Translations under genes and position numbers: made by a program
Source of the DNA: Deltaproteobacteria bacterium
GTDB taxonomy: Bacteria; Bdellovibrionota_C; UBA2361; SZUA-149; JADLFC01
Assembly (NCBI GenBank): GCA_020845775.1
Contig: JADLFC010000121.1
Span: 1-60,684 of the forward strand
DNA length: 60,684 nucleotides
Reading direction: 5' to 3'
The notes under the pieces: generated by a model
Seen by the model: the letters and a program-made list of their open reading frames with translations, nothing else
Told to the model about the DNA's origin: nothing
The model's database searches: none
Part shown: positions 56,096 through 60,684 of the stretch, one piece after another
How positions within the stretch are numbered: position 1 is the first letter of the stretch
Layout: each line of letters starts with the position of its first letter

Positions 56096-57760
56096 CTAGG
56101 CGCAGGTCTTTCTACCTTTTTTCCCCTTACACCTCCCAGAACAGCACTCGGCATTAGTTGTGCATGACTCGCCTTTCGCCTTTAATGTGCACCCCGTGCA
56201 GACATTTAGACTTTCATCACAAGCCTGTCCAACGCACGGATTGCTGCCGGGCTGGCAATCGCCACTTACGCATAACTCAGCGCCATTGCAAAATAGTCCG
56301 TCATCGCATTCAGCATTTGCAGTGCATCCTCCAGTCGAAGGATCCAAAAACTCTGCAACCTGACTGTAATAAGCAGCCAATGCTCCATCTACAGTTGCAT
56401 TGGAAACTGAGTCGCATACGTCATTGCAGTTATACCCACAGCAACCGGAAAGCTGCCCAACAACCTCGCCGTTTGCATTGACTACTGGCGAACCGCTACT
56501 TCCACCATCTATAGCTCCGTCTATATCTCTACTATAAATGCGATCTCCCCTAGGCCATTCCCAGCAGGTAGCTGCTGTCGTGCTTACCTGATGATGCGAA
56601 TAAACCTGTGGGCCAAAATTTGGATTACTCACGCGATACAAATTTGCTCCATTAGAGAAAGCAATAGCCGACGCATTCCAACCCAAAAACACGGCTCCAA
56701 TTGGAAGGCCACCGTTACCTAGCTTAAGCAAAGTAAAGTCTGCATCTGCCCCAGTCGCTAACACTGTAGCGCCAGTTGTGTATGGCGCTGGGTTAACGGG
56801 ACAAGTTCCGTTACAGACATCTGTGGTGTAATTAAAGTAAGTCTCAAGTGTGCTATTGCTTGTACTCAAACAATGATTAGCAGTGAGAAACAACTTTTCT
56901 TGAGTGCTATCATTCGTATCGGCAATAAGCCCTCCTGTGCAACTATAAATGTAAAACCCAGCAATCCATTCCATCTTCGCCACTGCTCGCGCTGCATTCG
57001 CAGCTGGGCCGAGGTCAGCACAGTTAGCATCAATTACGCAATCCTCATTTCCACATTGTCCGGACGACCATTCGGACAGCTCTTTAGAGTTAAGAAAATT
57101 CCTGCCAATATAACCTAAGTCGCTAAGGGTAAATTTAACTTTCTTCAAATCCTCTTTAGTTGGGAGCGTTTGAAACTTTACAACAACACTTATGCGTTCA
57201 GAGAAAATAGCGCCAGTCCAAAAATCCCCATCCCCATTCGGACCTTTAGCCTCATAAGGCCCTCGAACATCTCCACCTCTGCTAAAGACGTAAAGCTTGA
57301 CACCATCAGGCAAAGAAAAATCGACAAAATGCAATCGCAATGCCTGAGCTTCTGGCGATTTAATTGACGCCGCCCAAATTAGTCCGCCGCCCTTAGTTTG
57401 GCGAATCACGCCAGCATTAGGTTGACCATCAGCCAATCCCGCAATGCTAATTAAAGTAGGAATAGACTTTACCAACCCAACGCGTAAAGGCACTCCACCT
57501 CGCGGCTGTGGTTTTGCTAACTCACTTCTCTCTTCCTCAGTTAGCGTCACAGTGACTGGCACATTATCAATATCCCTTGGGAAATCAGCCGATAGGGAAG
57601 AAAAAAGCTCAGCCTGTCTTACCGTATGCGCCTTTTCATCCAATCCGTTCTTAACAACCTCCGGTGAGTTGCTAAAAGTCGACTGCCGCTCAGCAAAAGC
57701 CGAGGCATTGATGCCCAACAAAAAACAAACTAATATCAAGAATTTAATAGACCTTTTCAT
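56096..57760 (-). CDS. Secreted trypsin-like (S1-type) serine protease with Cys-rich C-terminal module
   Basis: Signal peptide MKRSIKFLILVCFLLGINASAFA preceded by an AGGAG SD, so I place the start at 57760 rather than the track's 57832. Catalytic triad context LTANHC / DFTLLKL / GGSSGSPVV. The C-terminal ~90 aa contain 20 Cys. Confidence 0.8.
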   Translation of the reverse strand: MKRSIKFLILVCFLLGINASAFAERQSTFSNSPEVVKNGLDEKAHTVRQAELFSSLSADFPRDIDNVPVTVTLTEEERSELAKPQPRGGVPLRVGLVKSIPTLISIAGLADGQPNAGVIRQTKGGGLIWAASIKSPEAQALRLHFVDFSLPDGVKLYVFSRGGDVRGPYEAKGPNGDGDFWTGAIFSERISVVVKFQTLPTKEDLKKVKFTLSDLGYIGRNFLNSKELSEWSSGQCGNEDCVIDANCADLGPAANAARAVAKMEWIAGFYIYSCTGGLIADTNDSTQEKLFLTANHCLSTSNSTLETYFNYTTDVCNGTCPVNPAPYTTGATVLATGADADFTLLKLGNGGLPIGAVFLGWNASAIAFSNGANLYRVSNPNFGPQVYSHHQVSTTAATCWEWPRGDRIYSRDIDGAIDGGSSGSPVVNANGEVVGQLSGCCGYNCNDVCDSVSNATVDGALAAYYSQVAEFLDPSTGGCTANAECDDGLFCNGAELCVSGDCQPGSNPCVGQACDESLNVCTGCTLKAKGESCTTNAECCSGRCKGKKGRKTCA

Positions 57761-57818
57761 ATTTACTCCTCTAAGCTTTGAAAGGTTTATAATGGCACGC
57801 GTATCATAACCAACTGTC

Positions 57819-59225
57819 ATGACTATATACACCCATGCTGCAAATTTGTCGAAAAAGATACTAAATTCTTTAAGTATGCGTGAGGACTGTGCTTTTAATA
57901 GTAGCAGACAGGGCCTTCCGTTAGCAGTATCCTGCCTCTTGGTTCTAGGGTTTTTCTTACGGCTATTTTATCTAAGCTATACTGACTACGATGAGCGGAT
58001 GTATGACGTCACTTTGCCGACGGGACATCTCGACTACATAACTCATGTTGCAACGACTTTGAGCCTTCCGAATCCATTGGAGAGCTGGGAATATCACCAG
58101 CCGCCGCTTTACTATTGTTTGGCAGCAGCTATTTTTAAGATTACTTCTTCTCTCGAATTTTCGCAGCAAGTGTTATCTCTTCAACTCCTGTCACTTGCCT
58201 TTGCCATGATATTTCTCATCGTGGCCGCAAAATGTTTTCATCTGCTTTTTGCCTCTACGCATTCACAAATTCTAGCAAACAGCTTTGTAATATTCTGGCC
58301 TTCGAGCATTTTGCATTCTACGCGCATAGGAAATGACGCCTCTTACTACGCGATTTATAGTATTGGGTTTTACTTTGTTCTAAAATATTTTTTTAGCAAT
58401 AAGCCAACTAATCTCGTAATTGCGTCAATATTTGCTGCTTTATCCACATTGACGAAGGCAAATGGCCTAATATTAGTTTCAATTGTTCTCGCAGCCATGC
58501 TTTTAGCGATCCGCAGGCGAGATATTTGTAAAGACAACTATGGAACTGGAGTTAGTATTTTTGTTATATTATTGCTTGGCGTAGCACTAAGTTTCGGAGA
58601 CAATTTCTACTGGCAGTTGCAGCACGGAGCAAGTGGAACAGATTGGCTCTTAGGCGATTCACTGCGCTTTATGAATCCCGAGCTCAGAATCCGAAATGAT
58701 TTTCTTAATTTTTTTTATTTTGATGTCATCGCTTTTTTGTCTAATCCATTTGCTGACACCTGGCAGGACGAGGCAGGACGACAATATTTCTTAACTACCT
58801 TTTTAAAAACCAGTTTATTTGGAGAGTGGAAATACGCTGATACTCCACCGACATGTAAATACATTGCTCAAGCTATAAGTGCCATGTTGCTATTAATCAT
58901 TCCTTGCACCATCTACGAGTTACTGTGCTTAACGCGAAGGCGCGGGCCTTTTTTTTATCCCATGTTACTAAATATTTTAATCCCTTTTATCTTTATACTC
59001 TGCTATCGCGTAAAGACCTCTGTCGCGCCCGCGAGCGACTTTCGTTACATACTGCCAAGTCTTTTATCTATGGCCTTTTTTTATACTAAAAGAGCCGATG
59101 GATTTGCCCAGGCTGGTTCGAGAGTGGCAACGGTTCTCATGTACTTACTTTTGGCGTTATTTGTAATATTTAGTGCGAGTTTTTTCATTGCTCTAAGCTT
59201 CGAGGCTCCCCGTTCCTCGAGCTAG
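57819..59225 (+). CDS. GT-C-fold membrane glycosyltransferase (ArnT/PMT-like)
   Basis: 468 aa, more than 10 TM. The first-loop acidic motif YTDYDERMYD and HQPPLYYCL resemble the family 39/83 GT-C. Confidence 0.62.
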   Translation: MTIYTHAANLSKKILNSLSMREDCAFNSSRQGLPLAVSCLLVLGFFLRLFYLSYTDYDERMYDVTLPTGHLDYITHVATTLSLPNPLESWEYHQPPLYYCLAAAIFKITSSLEFSQQVLSLQLLSLAFAMIFLIVAAKCFHLLFASTHSQILANSFVIFWPSSILHSTRIGNDASYYAIYSIGFYFVLKYFFSNKPTNLVIASIFAALSTLTKANGLILVSIVLAAMLLAIRRRDICKDNYGTGVSIFVILLLGVALSFGDNFYWQLQHGASGTDWLLGDSLRFMNPELRIRNDFLNFFYFDVIAFLSNPFADTWQDEAGRQYFLTTFLKTSLFGEWKYADTPPTCKYIAQAISAMLLLIIPCTIYELLCLTRRRGPFFYPMLLNILIPFIFILCYRVKTSVAPASDFRYILPSLLSMAFFYTKRADGFAQAGSRVATVLMYLLLALFVIFSASFFIALSFEAPRSSS

Positions 59226-60458
59226 CTGACTCTGACTATTGACCTCACTAACTTCCTCAACTAAATCGACAAACGCAGTTGCAACGGTCTTCCAGGAATA
59301 CTTTTCTTTAACCAAATTATAAGCACTCTCCGCGAGTTGAATTTGCCGATCGCGGTTTTCCAGCAAATTTACGACTTCTTCCGCAAATTTTTCTGCGGTG
59401 TCTGCGATGACAATATCTTTCCCAGCCACTGCCTCAATGCCTTCCATGCTTATCGATGTAGCTACAACTGGTATTTTCATTGCCATAGCCGTTAAAATCT
59501 TATTCTTCACACCAGTGCCCCACCTTAAAGGACAGACGTAGACGCTTGCTTCAGCTATATGAGGCCTAACATCCCGAACTGTTCCAGTCACCACAAGGCT
59601 TGTCCCATCGTGCAGCGCTTGTACCTCTGAGGGGGGATTCTGACCAATTATCCAAACCTCAACTCCAGGAATGCGTTCCTTTATTAAGGGTAGGATCGAC
59701 TTACAAAAGTACAAAGCCGCATCGCTGTTTGGCCCATACGACATTACTCCTGTAAAAACCACCCTGCATCCGCACTTGTTCGCGTCTAGGGGCCTAAAAT
59801 ACTCCGTATCTATTCCGTGAGGTATCACCGCAAGATTCGCAGTTGGCACGTTTTGCTTAAAGGATTTAGCATCATTAGACGAAATTGCCGCTATCCGCGT
59901 CGCCATTCGCGCCGCCCATTTTTCATATCTCTCTAAGGACAAACTTTCTAAATACAACAACAGTCTCTTTGTCAACCTGGCCTCATTTTGCGCCTGTCTT
60001 CTGACTAAAAGCGACAAGCAGTCGCAAGCATCCAAAATTATCGGCAAGCGGTTATCTTCGGGCAAATACTGCATCATCTCCAAACCATCCACGTACACCA
60101 ATGCCGCTCCACTAACTTCTAAGAACCGCTTAACCATATCCGCTGTAGCGCGATGATAGGCTGGATTCGAATACTTGCTTACTAAAGATGCCACCTGGTG
60201 AATTCTGTGCCACTGCCGATCCCACCAATTGCCGCAAGATAAAACTGGCCACTCCTCTATAGTTTCAAAAATATCTGCTCCATCTATCTCCGAACGGAAC
60301 CAGCTACTTAACTCTTCTGTTTTTTTTAGATACATCAAATGTAGTCTATTGTGTTTGGCCAAGAGTTTACAAAAATAAAAAAGCCTGGGAGAACCAGGCA
60401 TACTCGGCGTGACAGGAACATTTGATGCCAAAACGAGGATATTCATTAAAAACGCCAA
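59193..60458 (-). CDS. GT4-family (GT-B fold) glycosyltransferase
   Basis: C-terminal half with VVFTGVMSYGPN and the PLRWGTGVKNKILTAMAMKIPVVAT (E/GxxK) motif. The track start is TTG at 60458; the ATG at 60446 (MNILVLASN) looks more typical. Confidence 0.85.
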   Translation of the reverse strand: MAFLMNILVLASNVPVTPSMPGSPRLFYFCKLLAKHNRLHLMYLKKTEELSSWFRSEIDGADIFETIEEWPVLSCGNWWDRQWHRIHQVASLVSKYSNPAYHRATADMVKRFLEVSGAALVYVDGLEMMQYLPEDNRLPIILDACDCLSLLVRRQAQNEARLTKRLLLYLESLSLERYEKWAARMATRIAAISSNDAKSFKQNVPTANLAVIPHGIDTEYFRPLDANKCGCRVVFTGVMSYGPNSDAALYFCKSILPLIKERIPGVEVWIIGQNPPSEVQALHDGTSLVVTGTVRDVRPHIAEASVYVCPLRWGTGVKNKILTAMAMKIPVVATSISMEGIEAVAGKDIVIADTAEKFAEEVVNLLENRDRQIQLAESAYNLVKEKYSWKTVATAFVDLVEEVSEVNSQSQLARGTGSLEA

Positions 60459-60462
60459 TCGC

Positions 60463-60482
60463 TATACCGTTTCCAAAAAGTA
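60463..60482 (+). repeat. Solo left arm of the triple-palindrome repeat
   Basis: tataccgtttccaaaaagta matches the first 20 nt of the repeat exactly and then diverges (taacaagaaag). It lies 78 nt upstream of full copy 5. Confidence 0.8.
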
Positions 60483-60559
60483 TAACAAGAAAGACCGCAT
60501 AAACAGGCAAACTGCCCTGGTTTTGCAAAATATAGCATCTGCCACAAAAACAAGAAATT

Positions 60560-60684
60560 TATACCGTTTCCAAAAAGTAAGTTAAATATTTTACTTTTTG
60601 GAAACGGTATTTGTTGTTTATTGGCAAGTGCTTACGCACTTGCTGTTTATAGCATTTACAAAAATCCTTTTTGTAAATGCTATA
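60560..60684 (+). repeat. Triple-palindrome intergenic repeat, copy 5 (ends at window edge)
   Basis: Full 125 nt, 123/125 identical to copy 4. Same tatagc...gctata hairpin C variant. Confidence 0.92.

Noticed and set aside
3443-60684. The repeats as a CRISPR array
   Set aside because: The copies are 125 nt long, kilobases apart, in mixed orientation and each in a different intergenic region. There is no regular repeat-spacer periodicity and no cas genes.

Overview
This is a 60.7-kb chromosomal segment, roughly mid-40s %GC by eye, from a flagellated diderm bacterium. The lineage cannot be assigned from sequence alone; the flg gene order resembles delta-proteobacterial or Bdellovibrio-like lineages. 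Most of it is housekeeping: murC-murG, a dnaG-rpoD operon followed by tRNA(CAT), lpxD-bamD, gdhA, rlmB-trpS, xseA-xseB, serB, a two-subunit biotin acyl-CoA carboxylase, tRNA-Thr, ctaA-ctaB and asnS. There are also envelope glycosyltransferases and a contiguous flagellar block, flgF-G-A-H-I-J(short)-M-N-K-L. I saw no rRNA, CRISPR array, transposase, integrase or phage genes. Two things stand out. (1) Directly after flgL lies a translationally coupled three-gene cassette. It encodes a DUF2207-like membrane protein ending in ACHD-(ACHS)x6-AC, a radical SAM/SPASM enzyme with an N-terminal RRE-like extension, and a 4-TM protein. This looks like a peptide-maturase system whose substrate repeat is tethered to a large membrane protein. 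(2) A ~125-bp repeat made of three palindromes occurs as five near-identical full copies plus one solo arm, all intergenic. Three independent compensatory base-pair changes preserve its hairpins. Its two most similar copies bracket the 8.5-kb block that holds the radical SAM cassette, a secreted protease and two glycosyltransferases. All calls come from reading the ORF translations and the DNA by eye. No searches were run, and hand-counted coordinates may be off by 1-2 nt.
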